A DNA stretch of 64,000 nt from Candidatus Micrarchaeota archaeon (GTDB lineage: Archaea; Micrarchaeota; Micrarchaeia; Anstonellales; Anstonellaceae). A program made the position numbers and the translations under genes. This document shows positions 1 to 10,214 of the stretch, one piece after another; the stretch's first letter is position 1; every line of letters starts with the position of its first letter. The DNA is taken from assembly GCA_964392435.1 (NCBI GenBank), contig CAYMOY010000001.1, positions 7,484 through 71,483 on the forward strand. The letters run 5' to 3'. The notes beneath the pieces were generated by a model. That model was not told the origin of the DNA. It ran no database searches and was given only the letters and a program-made list of their open reading frames with translations.

Positions 1-1339
1 GCTTGCCCTCATTCTTGCCATGGTGGTAGCGCACGCATAGGGGCAGCACGGCATCAGGCGAGCCCTTGGTTATCACCAGATGCTCATGGCCCTCCTTCAC
101 CACCACGCTCATTCGCCTGCGCACGAAATCGAAAGGTATCTCATCTATCTTGCTGGTGCCAGCCAGCCTCTTCTTTCCCAATGCCTCGTCGTGCGCAAGC
201 ACTGCGCCGTCCATAGGGTTTTTCAGCCCGGTCTGGTAATAGGAGTTCAGGTAAGCAAGCTTCAGCACGCGCACGTCCTCCTGGAAATCTATGTTGACAT
301 GGCGCACCAGCTCTATCTTGTCCTCGGTCAGCGTCCCTGTCTTGTCCGTGCAAAGCACGTCCATGGCACCCAGGTTCTGGATGGAGGGCAGCCGCTTGAC
401 TATCGCCTCCTTCTTCGCCATGTTCTTCGCCCCCTGCGAAAGATTGGCAGTCACGATGACTGGCAGCATCTCCGGGGCCAGCCCGACAGCCACCGCAAGG
501 GAGAAGAGCACCGAGGCGATGATGTCGTTTTTGGTGAAGAAGTTGATGAGGAAAATGCCGACCACTAGGACGAGTATGAATTTCACCATGAGGTTGCTGT
601 AGTCGCTGATTCCCCTGTCAAACGCAGTCTCAGGCGCCGTCTGCTGCAACCGCCTGGCAAGCTCACCAAACTGCGTGTCCATGCCGGTCCGTATCACAAG
701 CACCTCCGCCGAGCCTGAAATCACGCTGGAGCCGAAGAAGACCGCGTTTGCCATTTCCTGCACCGGGGCATTTTGCCGCGACGGGCTGGCGCTTTTTTCA
801 ACAGGCAGCGACTCTCCAGTCAGGGCAGCCTGGTTGACGAAGAAGTCCTTGCACGAAGCCACCCTGCAGTCCGCAGGCACCAGGTCCCCTGCGGAGAGCC
901 TGACGATGTCCCCTGGGACCAGGAACTTTAGGGGGATTTCGCGCACGTTGCCGTCCCTGACTACGGTTGCGGTGTTGCGTATCATCTTGCGCAGCTTCTC
1001 TGCAGCGTCGCGCGCGGTGTATTCCTGGTAGAAGCTGAGCGACACGGACACGAACACCATCGCCGCGATGATTTCTGCAGAGAGGCTGTTCCCGAGGAAA
1101 TAGGAAACGGTTGCGACGGTGAGGAGAAGGAGCATGAGCGGGCTGGCGAAATAAGAGAGGAAAAGCAAGAGCGCGCCCCGCTTTTTTTTCGGAGCCAGCT
1201 CGTTCTTGCCGAAAATCCCCTGCCGCTTCTCAGCCTCGTGCTCAGATATTCCGGTTTGCGATGCCACAAGAAGCTCGTATGCTTGCTCCAGGGGCACTGA
1301 CCACAGGTGCGCCTTTTTCAGGCTCTCGCGCGAGAACAT
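1..1339 (-). CDS. P-type ATPase, Mg2+-transporting (MgtA-like), runs off the window start
   Basis: Hand translation MFSRESLKKAHLWSVPLE... contains TGES and MDVLCTDKTGTLTE phosphorylation motif; not in ORF track because the stop is outside the window. Confidence 0.85.
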   Translation of the reverse strand, partial: MFSRESLKKAHLWSVPLEQAYELLVASQTGISEHEAEKRQGIFGKNELAPKKKRGALLLFLSYFASPLMLLLLTVATVSYFLGNSLSAEIIAAMVFVSVSLSFYQEYTARDAAEKLRKMIRNTATVVRDGNVREIPLKFLVPGDIVRLSAGDLVPADCRVASCKDFFVNQAALTGESLPVEKSASPSRQNAPVQEMANAVFFGSSVISGSAEVLVIRTGMDTQFGELARRLQQTAPETAFDRGISDYSNLMVKFILVLVVGIFLINFFTKNDIIASVLFSLAVAVGLAPEMLPVIVTANLSQGAKNMAKKEAIVKRLPSIQNLGAMDVLCTDKTGTLTEDKIELVRHVNIDFQEDVRVLKLAYLNSYYQTGLKNPMDGAVLAHDEALGKKRLAGTSKIDEIPFDFVRRRMSVVVKEGHEHLVITKGSPDAVLPLCVRYHHGKNEGK

Positions 1340-1467
1340 CGCTTCAATTGCTTGGTATAGGTATTTATTAGGGTGCCAAAAAGTTGCTTTCGCACATTGG
1401 CACTCAGGTTTCCCCCAGCGAAAGAGCCGTCGCTCTTTTATTCTGCTCGCATTCAAAACTTTCAGAT

Positions 1468-1612
1468 GGGCCCGTAGTCGAACAACCCTTTTGCTCGCTC
1501 CAGATGGGGACGCTCGCAAAAGCGTTGACGGAAAATTGCAAAGGGGTTCGACAATGGTTAAGACGTCGCTCTTACACAGCGAAGATTCGGAGTTCGATTC
1601 TCCGCGGGCCCA
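1468..1612 (+). tRNA. tRNA-Val(TAC) with 70-nt D-loop intron (about 1484-1553)
   Basis: Acceptor GGGCCCG/CGGGCCC-A, anticodon arm TCGCT-CTTACAC-AGCGA, GTTCGATT T-loop; BHB TCGA/TCGA with 3-nt bulges. Confidence 0.92.
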
Positions 1613-1648
1613 CTGATATTCGGAGTTCGACCGCAAACTGCGCGGCAG

Positions 1649-3406
1649 CTAGCACACCTGGCTGGCTGGAGGGCAAACCGGATTCTGCCCAGGGCAATCG
1701 GTGCATGGGTGCTCCGTCTTCCAGGTGCTTATGGGCCCAAGGCAGCAGCAGCCGTAGGAAAAGGAATTGAACGAAAGCGAAAGGTAGGTGCTGTTCGTGC
1801 TTGAATACCTGCAGGTGGTGAAACACTGTCTGGCTTGAATTGCGGCAAGCGCAGCATTGACATCTGCAGCTATTTTCTGTTCGCACGCGGCGCGCGCGTT
1901 TTCTCCCTGCGCATAGGCGGTCAGCCCTATTCCCTGGCATTCGATTGCGCAGTTCACCGGGACAGGGTCGCAAACATCTCCAATCCCATCCCCGTCATGG
2001 TCGGACTGGCTTGGGTTGTAGCTGCTCGGGCAATTATCTGCAAAGTCGCATTTCCCGTCGGCATCAGTATCCTGGCAGGCGCATAGGCATGACTGGGAGC
2101 AGGAATAGTTTTGCGGGCAGGAGCCAGCATTCCCGTCGCACTCCTCGCCGCCTTCCTTCACTCCGTTTCCGCAGGCTGCGGGCGCTACTGTGTTCTGGCA
2201 GGAACACTGCTGGTTGCAAGTCTGGCTGCCCGAACAAGCGTTTCTATCAGCACCGTCGCACTGCTCGCTTCCCTCGCGGACATTGTTGCCGCACACTGCT
2301 TGCGCGGCTGTTGCCCAGCAGTAGCAGTTGGAGCAGGTCTGTGTCGCATTGCAGTAGCCCCGGTCCGCCCCGTCGCACTGCTCGCTTCCTTCGCGAACAT
2401 TGTTGCCGCACGTGGCGGTGGTGACAGAATCGATTATCAGCACCAGCCCCTTGGTGCTCTGGTTCACAGGGCATCTGCAGTTTGGCTGGCACACTGCGCC
2501 GCCGCAAAGCTCGGCTGATGCCCCGTCGCACTGCTCGGTTATTTCCCTTATCCCGTTGCCGCACACCCCCTTCGTGCCCACCACGCATTCGCACTCTGAT
2601 GAGCATACCTCGTTTGAATCGCAGTACCAGTCCTGATTGCCGTCGCACTCCTCCATCGCCTCCTTGAAATTGTTGCCGCAGGTGTGCGAGGTCACATCCT
2701 TTGGTATGCACGTGCAGGTCCTCAGGTCGCACTTGTAGTCCATGCCGAACAGGTCCGAGCAGTCGTCGCCGCAAGAGGGCAGGGTGGTCCAGATGAAATT
2801 GTTGAGCCCTGTGGATGAGGCGTACTGGTGGTTCGCCTTGCAGCTTATGGGCATTGCCGCGGTGTAGCATTTGCAGCCGCTGCAGTATTCCCCACCGCGG
2901 CATCCGTTGGCTGATGGCTTGTCCTTGCTGCCGACATCGCAAACCTCCCCAGAATCAAGGGTGCCGTCCCCGCAATAAGGCTGGGCGGCCTTGGGCGCAG
3001 GCGGAGCCGTGGTGTTGTTCTGCATCCCTTGCCCTGCGGCATCGGCAGGCTTTGCCTTGCACAGGCAACTGGAAATATTGCATTGCCGATTGGCATCCTG
3101 GCATGCGATGCCCCCCTCGCACTGCTCGCCCCCCTCCAGCTTGCCATTGCCGCAAGATGGAGCTGGCGGTTGCTCTGTTTTGTTTTCTGCGGATGGCGCG
3201 GCAGCCGGGGCAGGTGGCTGGGCATCCTTCTTCACGCACTTGCAAGACCTGCATATTTCATCGATGCCAGCGCAGCCAGCGTCGCTTTCGCACACTTCGC
3301 TCGCATCCAGCCTGCCATCGCCGCAAACAGGGGCAGGCTGCGTGCATCCGAAATACAACAAGGCTGATGATAGCAGAACAAGCAGCAACAAACGGGAAAA
3401 CTCCAC
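1649..3406 (-). CDS. Secreted or lipid-anchored cysteine-rich repeat protein (CGNGxxExxEQCDG repeats plus thrombospondin type-3-like Ca-binding repeat)
   Basis: Signal ending LLYFGC; about 8 CG(N/D)xxxE..E.CD repeats; DTDADGKCDFADNCP...DHDGDGIGDVCD; GTG start inferred. Confidence 0.8.
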   Translation of the reverse strand: MEFSRLLLLVLLSSALLYFGCTQPAPVCGDGRLDASEVCESDAGCAGIDEICRSCKCVKKDAQPPAPAAAPSAENKTEQPPAPSCGNGKLEGGEQCEGGIACQDANRQCNISSCLCKAKPADAAGQGMQNNTTAPPAPKAAQPYCGDGTLDSGEVCDVGSKDKPSANGCRGGEYCSGCKCYTAAMPISCKANHQYASSTGLNNFIWTTLPSCGDDCSDLFGMDYKCDLRTCTCIPKDVTSHTCGNNFKEAMEECDGNQDWYCDSNEVCSSECECVVGTKGVCGNGIREITEQCDGASAELCGGAVCQPNCRCPVNQSTKGLVLIIDSVTTATCGNNVREGSEQCDGADRGYCNATQTCSNCYCWATAAQAVCGNNVREGSEQCDGADRNACSGSQTCNQQCSCQNTVAPAACGNGVKEGGEECDGNAGSCPQNYSCSQSCLCACQDTDADGKCDFADNCPSSYNPSQSDHDGDGIGDVCDPVPVNCAIECQGIGLTAYAQGENARAACEQKIAADVNAALAAIQARQCFTTCRYSSTNSTYLSLSFNSFSYGCCCLGPISTWKTEHPCTDCPGQNPVCPPASQVC

Positions 3407-3504
3407 ATTCCCACCCCCTGAGGTTATCCTCGTTTCGGTTTTTATTTCTTTTGGGCATCCCGAAGCATCATGCTCAAAGCACGCTCCTTCCAAGCCAGGA
3501 AAAA

Positions 3505-4137
3505 TTAGCCCGAATTATTCTGGCTTGGGGAAAGGCGGGGCTCGGCCGGAAGCTCAAAGTCTGCCTCGCCCACAAAATAGGCGATGTCCGTCAAATACTC
3601 CACCTTGATGCCCTTCCCAGTCGCGTTCTGCTCGTCGTAGGCAACCACCCCTCTGTCAGTCAGGCAAACCTTCCTGGTTTCGAATTGCAAGGTGGGCATA
3701 ATGTAGCATCTGCCCTTCGTGTTTCCTATAGCCACCTCTTCCGCCTCCTTCGCGCCTGACAGGTCCGGGGGCGCGAAGAATATTTCCGCGTCTTTTTTGC
3801 TCAGTCCGGCGCTGATGTCAAAGCAGAGGGCATCCGGTCCAGCCCCCCTGCACGAATAAGCCCGGTTTCCCAAAAAGTAAAACCCCAGCCCCCCTTCTTG
3901 GCCTGAGGAGAACTGCAGCCGCATCTTTTGCCCGCTGCGCCACACCTCCTTGACAGTCTCAACTCCGTTGTCATTGATTATGTAGCGCGCCGAATAATCC
4001 AGGCTGCTTTGCGGCACCATGAAGCTTCCAGTATGCATCCCGGCTGAGGGGGGCAGACCGCCTTGAGGTTTCCCTTCCTGCGCGCAGCCGGCAAGAAGAA
4101 CCATTGCCGCAAGCAAGAGGGGCAAGCAGAGTCTCAT
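3505..4137 (-). CDS. Hypothetical lipoprotein
   Basis: MRLCLPLLLAAMVLLAGC lipobox-like signal. Confidence 0.7.
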   Translation of the reverse strand: MRLCLPLLLAAMVLLAGCAQEGKPQGGLPPSAGMHTGSFMVPQSSLDYSARYIINDNGVETVKEVWRSGQKMRLQFSSGQEGGLGFYFLGNRAYSCRGAGPDALCFDISAGLSKKDAEIFFAPPDLSGAKEAEEVAIGNTKGRCYIMPTLQFETRKVCLTDRGVVAYDEQNATGKGIKVEYLTDIAYFVGEADFELPAEPRLSPSQNNSG

Positions 4138-4188
4138 GGCTCGATTTCTTGTAGAACTTTTATTAGCCTTGTCCGGCAAATCCCAGCC

Positions 4189-4482
4189 ATGTACCTCAAG
4201 CTCCACAACACGCCTGCCGGCCAGGTGGTGGCTGTCTGCGACGCCGCCATCATGGGCAAAGTTCTCTGCGAGGGCAACCGCAGGCTGGATTTGGAAGCCC
4301 ACTCTGGATTTTACCGGGGAAAAAAGGTCGGCTTGCCCGAGGCGGCAGAGGCGCTTTCTGGCGCGCAAAACGCCAACCTGGTCGGGGAGAAGTCAATAAA
4401 AGCGGCATCTTTGGCAGGGCTTGACGTTTCTGGCGCAATCACAATCTCCGGTGTTCCGCACCTGCAGGTTTACAGGTTTTAA
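4189..4482 (+). CDS. DUF424 family protein
   Basis: MYLKLH...VVAVCD...FYRG...NANLVGE...ISGVPHLQV pattern. Confidence 0.75.
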   Translation: MYLKLHNTPAGQVVAVCDAAIMGKVLCEGNRRLDLEAHSGFYRGKKVGLPEAAEALSGAQNANLVGEKSIKAASLAGLDVSGAITISGVPHLQVYRF

Positions 4483-4539
4483 CCCATTTGGCAGGGGCAT
4501 CTCAATATAATTGTTCTTGCTGATTTAGGGTTGGTCTGC

Positions 4540-4941
4540 ATGAAACAGATAGCCATAGTTTCCGATGACAAGGTGGGCCTGCTTGCCGATATCTCATACA
4601 TTCTTGGCAAGGCAAGGATAAACATCGAGTCAATCTCAGTCCAGACGCACGGGGGCAAGGGCGTCATCAACCTTACGGTCAAAGACGACCAAAAAGCGAT
4701 AAAGATGCTCTCCTCAAACGGCTTCGAGGTTCTCTCCTCCGAGATTATGCTAATCAGGCTCAAGGACGAGCCTGGAGAGATGTCTAAAATGACCAAGATG
4801 CTCAAGGACAACCACGTCAACATCGAATCTCTTTATATCGTGGCCCGGGGGGAAGATGGGTTTGCCATACACGCGCTCAAGGTGGACAAGCCCAAAAAGG
4901 CGAAGAAGCTGCTTTCCCACTCAATAATGACTTCAGACTAG
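4540..4941 (+). CDS. ACT domain protein (two ACT repeats)
   Basis: DDKVGLLADISYILGKARINIESI; DEPGEMSK. Confidence 0.8.
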   Translation: MKQIAIVSDDKVGLLADISYILGKARINIESISVQTHGGKGVINLTVKDDQKAIKMLSSNGFEVLSSEIMLIRLKDEPGEMSKMTKMLKDNHVNIESLYIVARGEDGFAIHALKVDKPKKAKKLLSHSIMTSD

Positions 4942-5040
4942 CCAGTCAGGTCTTGTTTTAGGGTGCCCGCAGTAGGCTGTCCTGCTTGCGGCAGAACGCT
5001 TTTATACTCCGGCAGCGATTGTTTGCCGGGAGGTGGGTCT

Positions 5041-5436
5041 GTGAAGCAGATGACTCTAGTCGCCCATGACAGGGTGGGGGTACTTGCCGAAATCTCCCGC
5101 ATCCTGGGCAAGGCTAAAATAAACATAGATTCCGTTTCCGCTGTCTCAATCGGCGACAGGGCTATCCTCACCTTCCTTCTTAAGAATGAAAAAAAAGCGG
5201 CAGGCCTGCTTCGCCGCAGCGGCTACCATGTGCTGGAATCCGAAATATTCGTGGTGCGCCTGAGAGACGAGCCAGGCGCGCTCTCAGCACTCTCTTGCAG
5301 GATGGTGGATGAGAAAATAAACATCATCAACCTTTACATAGTCGCAAAAGAGCCAGGGGTTTCAGTTGTCGCACTTAAGGTGGACAAGCCAAAAAAAGCA
5401 AAGAAGCTGCTTGCCCCATACATGAATTTCGACTAG
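5041..5436 (+). CDS. ACT domain protein, tandem paralog
   Basis: DRVGVLAEISRILGKAKINID; DEPGALS; shares ALKVDKPKKAKKLL with upstream gene; GGAGG RBS. Confidence 0.8.
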   Translation: MKQMTLVAHDRVGVLAEISRILGKAKINIDSVSAVSIGDRAILTFLLKNEKKAAGLLRRSGYHVLESEIFVVRLRDEPGALSALSCRMVDEKINIINLYIVAKEPGVSVVALKVDKPKKAKKLLAPYMNFD

Positions 5437-5474
5437 GCAACTGACGAGTTGGGTGGCGATGGGAAAGCTTCTGC

Positions 5475-6350
5475 TCACCCAACTTCAATTTCCAGCACCG
5501 CCCCCTTCAGAATCGCGCCCCTGCCGGAAAGCCAGCCGTTTATCTCCGCCTCGCTTCTCCCCTCTTTTTTCATGCGCCGCACCTGGGTCAAAAGCGCCTC
5601 TGCCCTTTCAAAGTCCGAATATATGGCATCGCCTGAAAGCTTTGCCGCCTTCTTTTCAGCAATCAGCCCCTCGACAGATTTTTGCTGCAGCTCCAGCCTC
5701 TGCTGCAGACTGGCGATTTTATGCGCAGCCTCCTTTTGCGCCTCGCTTTCTTCCTTCTGGTTCGCATAGTAAAAGTCCGCAGCTTCTGAAAATGTTTTGA
5801 ACGGCACATCGGTTTGTGCGGCTTGCAATGAATAGGAAACCGGCACCCCCTTCTCGTCCAATTTCACCCCGAACACTGGCTTTTGTGGAAGCTTAAGCTC
5901 AAATGAGGTCTCACGCGGGTAACAGTATTTCTCGCCTCTTGCTATCTTCCGCCCGCCGGCTTCCTCCCTGTTCAGGCACGATATGATGACCCCGTCTTCT
6001 CCCACAAAAATCAGATTGCCTTTCCTGAAAAGCTCGAAAACAAGCCTTTCATTGCTTTTTGTCCCTATCTCCACTATCCTGTCGGTTTTGTACTGGCTTA
6101 TCCTCTGCGCTGTTTTCCCCTCGAGATTCTTCCTCAAAAAGGCGACAAATCCGTCTGGCGCGCCCATCGCCTGGTGCGCCTGCATTGTGAGGTGGAACCT
6201 GACAGTCGGCTCAAACAGCAGCTCCGCCCCCCCTATCTTGAACAGGAAAACGCCCCGGTCGGTTTTCCTTATTTTAGCTATCCTCTTCCCCTCCAAAAGC
6301 TTCAGCTCAGAAACTGCAAAATGAAGGTCGGCACCGGACATTTTCTGCAT
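5475..6350 (-). CDS. NFACT/Rqc2-like protein, short (N-terminal domain plus coiled coil)
   Basis: MSGADL..., FVAFLRKNLEG, Q..TDRIV, LVFELFRKGNLI, R.I..G..Y.YP, TFSEAADFYY, GDAIY. Confidence 0.7.
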   Translation of the reverse strand: MQKMSGADLHFAVSELKLLEGKRIAKIRKTDRGVFLFKIGGAELLFEPTVRFHLTMQAHQAMGAPDGFVAFLRKNLEGKTAQRISQYKTDRIVEIGTKSNERLVFELFRKGNLIFVGEDGVIISCLNREEAGGRKIARGEKYCYPRETSFELKLPQKPVFGVKLDEKGVPVSYSLQAAQTDVPFKTFSEAADFYYANQKEESEAQKEAAHKIASLQQRLELQQKSVEGLIAEKKAAKLSGDAIYSDFERAEALLTQVRRMKKEGRSEAEINGWLSGRGAILKGAVLEIEVG

Positions 6351-6412
6351 GCCTTGCTTGAAGCGCGGCATAGTTAATATAATATATTGTGCAATGAAGA
6401 GCCGGGGATTCC

Positions 6413-7702
6413 ATGTCCAAGGTAAAGGATATTTCGCTTGCAAAAAAAGGGGAGCTGGAGCTTGAGTGGGCACGGCGCAACATGCCAGCACTTGGCGAAA
6501 TAAAGGCGCGCTTCGAGCGGGAAAAGCCGTTTTCCGGCCTCACCGTCGCAACAGCGCTGCACCTTGAGAAAAAAACCGGCATACTGCTTGAAGCTCTCGC
6601 GGCGGGCGGAGCCCGCGTTTTCGCCTCCTCTTGCAACCCCATGACAACTGATGACTCGGTTGCAGCGGCGATCGCCAAAGGGGGCAAGATAGAGGTTTTT
6701 GCCTGGGCGGGCCAGACAAATGAAGAGTATTACTTCTGCTTAAACTCCGTTCTTGACGCAAAGCCAGACATAATTATAGACGACGGCTGCGACCTTATCA
6801 ACTTGCTGCATACCTCCCGCAAATCAGAGCTTCCCAAGGTGAAAGGTGCGTGCGAGGAGACCACAACGGGCATAGTGCGCCTGCAGGCGATGCAGAAAGC
6901 AGGCAAGCTTCTCATTCCGGTTTTCGCGGTGAACAACGCCTACTCCAAGTTCCTGCTGGACAACCAGTTCGGCACCGCGCAATCCACTGTCGCGGCAATC
7001 GCGCAGGCGACCAATCGGCTGCTCGCAGGCAAGACTGTGGTGGTGGCAGGTTACGGCTGGTGTGGCAGAGGCATAGCCTCCCGTATGAAGGCGATGGGTG
7101 CGAATGTGATAGTGGTGGAGATAGACGGCACGCTCGGGCCGCACGAGTCGGGCCTGCAACGGGGGCTGTCCGCGCTTTACGACGGCTTTAGGGTGATGGA
7201 TATGCCCCAGGCGGCGGCGCAAGGCGACATATTCATCACAGCCACCGGCAACAAGCATGTCATCTCCTCGCAGCATTTCCCCCTGATGAAGGATGGGGCA
7301 ATGCTTTGCAATGCCGGGCACTTCAACGTGGAGATAAACGAGCCTTCCCTAAGGAAAATGAGCAGGGCGGTGGAGGAGCTGAAAGACAACATCTCCGGCT
7401 ATAGCCTAAAAAACGGCAAGACGCTCTATCTCCTGTCAGAAGGGAGGCTTGTGAACCTGGCGCGCCCCTCTGGGCAAGGGCACCCCATAGAGATAATGGA
7501 CGGCAGCTTTGCCATACAGGCGCTCTGCTGCGAAATGCTGGCAAAATCGAAAAAAGGCGGCATGAAGCCAGGCGTGCACAGCGTCCCCAAGGAAACGGAC
7601 GATGCCGTGGCGAGGCTCATCTTGCGCTCCCAGAACGTGCGGCTTGAAAAGCCGACATCGGAGCAGCTTGAGTACTCGGAGAGCTTTGACGAAGGGACGT
7701 AA
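6413..7702 (+). CDS. ahcY: S-adenosylhomocysteine hydrolase
   Basis: EETTTG, VAGYGWCGRG, NAGHFNVEI, EGRLVNL, GHPIEIMD. Confidence 0.95.
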   Translation: MSKVKDISLAKKGELELEWARRNMPALGEIKARFEREKPFSGLTVATALHLEKKTGILLEALAAGGARVFASSCNPMTTDDSVAAAIAKGGKIEVFAWAGQTNEEYYFCLNSVLDAKPDIIIDDGCDLINLLHTSRKSELPKVKGACEETTTGIVRLQAMQKAGKLLIPVFAVNNAYSKFLLDNQFGTAQSTVAAIAQATNRLLAGKTVVVAGYGWCGRGIASRMKAMGANVIVVEIDGTLGPHESGLQRGLSALYDGFRVMDMPQAAAQGDIFITATGNKHVISSQHFPLMKDGAMLCNAGHFNVEINEPSLRKMSRAVEELKDNISGYSLKNGKTLYLLSEGRLVNLARPSGQGHPIEIMDGSFAIQALCCEMLAKSKKGGMKPGVHSVPKETDDAVARLILRSQNVRLEKPTSEQLEYSESFDEGT

Positions 7703-7866
7703 AGGGCACACTTCTGGCTGCCATTGGCTTGGAACACTGGATAATGGTCAAGCCCAATCATCTCCGGACGCGTTCGAAGAAAGGCTGCCCGCAAGCTATT
7801 TATGCCTTTTCCACTTTAACCCTCCTTCGCTCTTAATTTAGATTAATGTGTGGGGGGACAGATATC

Positions 7867-8154
7867 ATGAAAATAAGCGAATTGAAATCCGGAACGGGCA
7901 ACGTGGATATCGAAGGCGAGCTTGTGAGCAAGGAAGAGGGCCGCGATGTCATCACCAAGTTCGGGAAGAAGACCCGCGTGGCAAACGCGACCATGAAAGA
8001 CGACTCTGGGGAAATCACCCTCTCGCTTTGGGGCGACGATGCCGACGCATTTTCGCAGGGAGACAAGATAAAGATTGAGAAGGGCTGGGTTTCCGAGTAC
8101 AAGGGCAACCTGCAGCTTTCAGCCGGCAAGTTCGGGAAAATCTCCAAGCTTTAA
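7867..8154 (+). CDS. Single OB-fold ssDNA-binding protein (SSB/RPA-like)
   Basis: MKISELK...DDSGEITLSLWG...GDKIKIEKGWVSEYKGNLQL. Confidence 0.8.
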   Translation: MKISELKSGTGNVDIEGELVSKEEGRDVITKFGKKTRVANATMKDDSGEITLSLWGDDADAFSQGDKIKIEKGWVSEYKGNLQLSAGKFGKISKL

Positions 8155-8176
8155 GAAAGTGGCAAAATGTGGATAA

Positions 8177-8225
8177 GTTAATACGATATTGACATATATT
8201 TAAAAATGTTAATACTGTATTGACA
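8177..8225 (+). promoter_or_regulatory. Thermosome promoter: TATA-like element flanked by two palindromic operator-like sites
   Basis: GTTAATACGATATTGACA (8177-8194) and GTTAATACTGTATTGACA (8208-8225) around TATATTTAAA. Confidence 0.6.
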
Positions 8226-8283
8226 GAAGCCTTGGTTCAGGTCTGCTCTAAGTGTCCAAGTAAAATTTATAGAGGTGGTTTAG

Positions 8284-9945
8284 ATGGCAAAGAATCTAGA
8301 AGGACAACAGGTAATGGTTCTCCCCGAGGGGAGCAACCGCGTGCTTGGGCGGGACGCGCAGCGCATAAACATAGCCGTGGCTTACGCGGTTGCAAACATC
8401 GTGCGCACCACGCTTGGGCCAAAGGGCATGGACAAGATGCTGGTTTCCGAGCTTGGCGACATTGTGATAACAAACGACGGGGCGACCATCCTTGAGGAGA
8501 TGAATGTCGAGCACCCGGCGGCAAAGATAATGGTGGAAATTGCCAAGACGCAGGACAAGGAGGTCGGCGATGGCACCACCACCTCTGTCATGCTCGCAGG
8601 GATGCTTCTGAAGAAGGCGGGCGACCTTCTGGACCAGGACATACACGCCTCCACCATAGTGAAGGGCTACGACCTGGCTTCAAAGAAGACAAATGAGTTT
8701 CTGAACAAGATAGCCACCAAAGTGTCCATAAGCGACAAGGCAATCCTGGAGAAAATCGCATCCATTGCGATGGGCTCCAAGTCAATAGGCGTGGGCACCA
8801 ACAAGGATGCGCTTGCAAAGCTGGTGGTCACCGCCGTCACGCAGGTGGCGGAGCTGAAGAACGGCGCCTACTTCGTGGACGACGAGCTTGTCAAGATTGA
8901 GAAAAAGGCGGGCGGGGACATCAACGACACCGCGCTCATACAGGGTGTGCTTGTCGACAAGGAGATAGTCCACCCGGGCATGCCGAAAAACATCAAGAAC
9001 GGGAAGATTGCCCTTCTGGACTGCGCCCTTGAGATAGAGAAGACCGAAATCGACGCAAAGATAGAGATAACCTCGCCAGACCAGATGCAGGCTTTCCTTG
9101 GGCAGGAGGAAAAGATGCTTCGTGACATGGTGGACAAGATAGCGGCAACAGGGGCGAACGTGGTCTTCTGCCAAAAAGGCATTGACGATGTCGCGCAGCA
9201 CTTTTTGAACAAGAAGGGAATCTCAGCAGTGCGCCGCGTGAAGAAGTCGGACATGGAAAAGCTCGCCCGCGCTACAGGTGGCAAGATAGCCACCACGCTG
9301 GATGACCTGTCAGCAAAGGACCTCGGCTTTGCAGGCGATGTGAACGAGAAGTCAATTGCCGGCGAGAAGATGGTCTTCGTGGAAAACTGCAAGGACGCCA
9401 AGTCGGTGACAATATTCGTGCGCGCCTCCACGGACCACGTGGTCTCGGAAGGCGAGCGGGCGATAACCGACGCGATTGGCGCGGTTTCCTCGGCAATAGA
9501 GGACGGCAGGTACGTGACAGGCGGAGGCTCCACTGAAATCGAGCTTTCCATACAGCTTGGCAAGTACGCAACCGAAATCGGAGGAAGGGAGCAGCTTGCC
9601 ATACAGGCATTCGCAGAGGCGCTGGAGACAGTGCCGCGCACGCTTGCGGAAAACGCGGGCATGGACGCGATTGACGCGCTTGTCAGCTTGCGCTCCAAGC
9701 ACAAGAAGGAGGGCGGGGAGCACTTCGGCGTGGACGTTTACGGCGGGCAGGTTTCCGACATGAAGGCAATCGGGGTGTTCGAGCCACTCAAGGTGAAAAC
9801 ACAGGCAATCGCCAGCGCCTACGAGGCAGCGAAGATGCTGCTGCGCATTGACGACATGATTGCCTCCAAAGGAAAGAGCGGCGGAATGCCTCCTGGCGCA
9901 GGCGGCCCTGGCGGCATGGGCGGCGGCATGGGCGGGGACTACTAA
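8284..9945 (+). CDS. Thermosome (group II chaperonin) subunit
   Basis: [28 protein letters not shown] tail. Confidence 0.97.
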   Translation: MAKNLEGQQVMVLPEGSNRVLGRDAQRINIAVAYAVANIVRTTLGPKGMDKMLVSELGDIVITNDGATILEEMNVEHPAAKIMVEIAKTQDKEVGDGTTTSVMLAGMLLKKAGDLLDQDIHASTIVKGYDLASKKTNEFLNKIATKVSISDKAILEKIASIAMGSKSIGVGTNKDALAKLVVTAVTQVAELKNGAYFVDDELVKIEKKAGGDINDTALIQGVLVDKEIVHPGMPKNIKNGKIALLDCALEIEKTEIDAKIEITSPDQMQAFLGQEEKMLRDMVDKIAATGANVVFCQKGIDDVAQHFLNKKGISAVRRVKKSDMEKLARATGGKIATTLDDLSAKDLGFAGDVNEKSIAGEKMVFVENCKDAKSVTIFVRASTDHVVSEGERAITDAIGAVSSAIEDGRYVTGGGSTEIELSIQLGKYATEIGGREQLAIQAFAEALETVPRTLAENAGMDAIDALVSLRSKHKKEGGEHFGVDVYGGQVSDMKAIGVFEPLKVKTQAIASAYEAAKMLLRIDDMIASKGKSGGMPPGAGGPGGMGGGMGGDY

Positions 9946-10141
9946 GGCTTTTTTCTTTTTTTATTTTCTTTTTTTCCCGGGCTTTTTCACATCAAGCCCG
10001 GAATCCGTTTTTTGCAAATCCCTTCTGCTTTTCCGAAAGGTTTTCAAGTGCGGCTTGTCCAAACTGCCGGCAAACCATCGCCCAATCCCATCAATCATCA
10101 AGCCGGATTTTAAAAATGAGATAATTTATTGCAGTCGTTAG

Positions 10142-10192
10142 TGTTTTTACTAGATTAAATATATTCAAATCTAGTAATAACAAGCTTTATAT
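10142..10192 (+). promoter_or_regulatory. Inverted-repeat operator and TATA upstream of AbiE-like pair
   Basis: TTACTAGATT (10147-10156) / AATCTAGTAA (10168-10177) with outer TGTT/AACA; TTTATAT at 10186. Confidence 0.6.
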
Positions 10193-10214
10193 GTTTTCAG
10201 GCTAAAGCAATACC

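Noticed and set aside
7703..7790. Possible echo of the ahcY end (SESFDEG vs PDAFEER) after a hairpin
   Set aside because: Only about 13 of 21 nt match and no stop codon; could be chance
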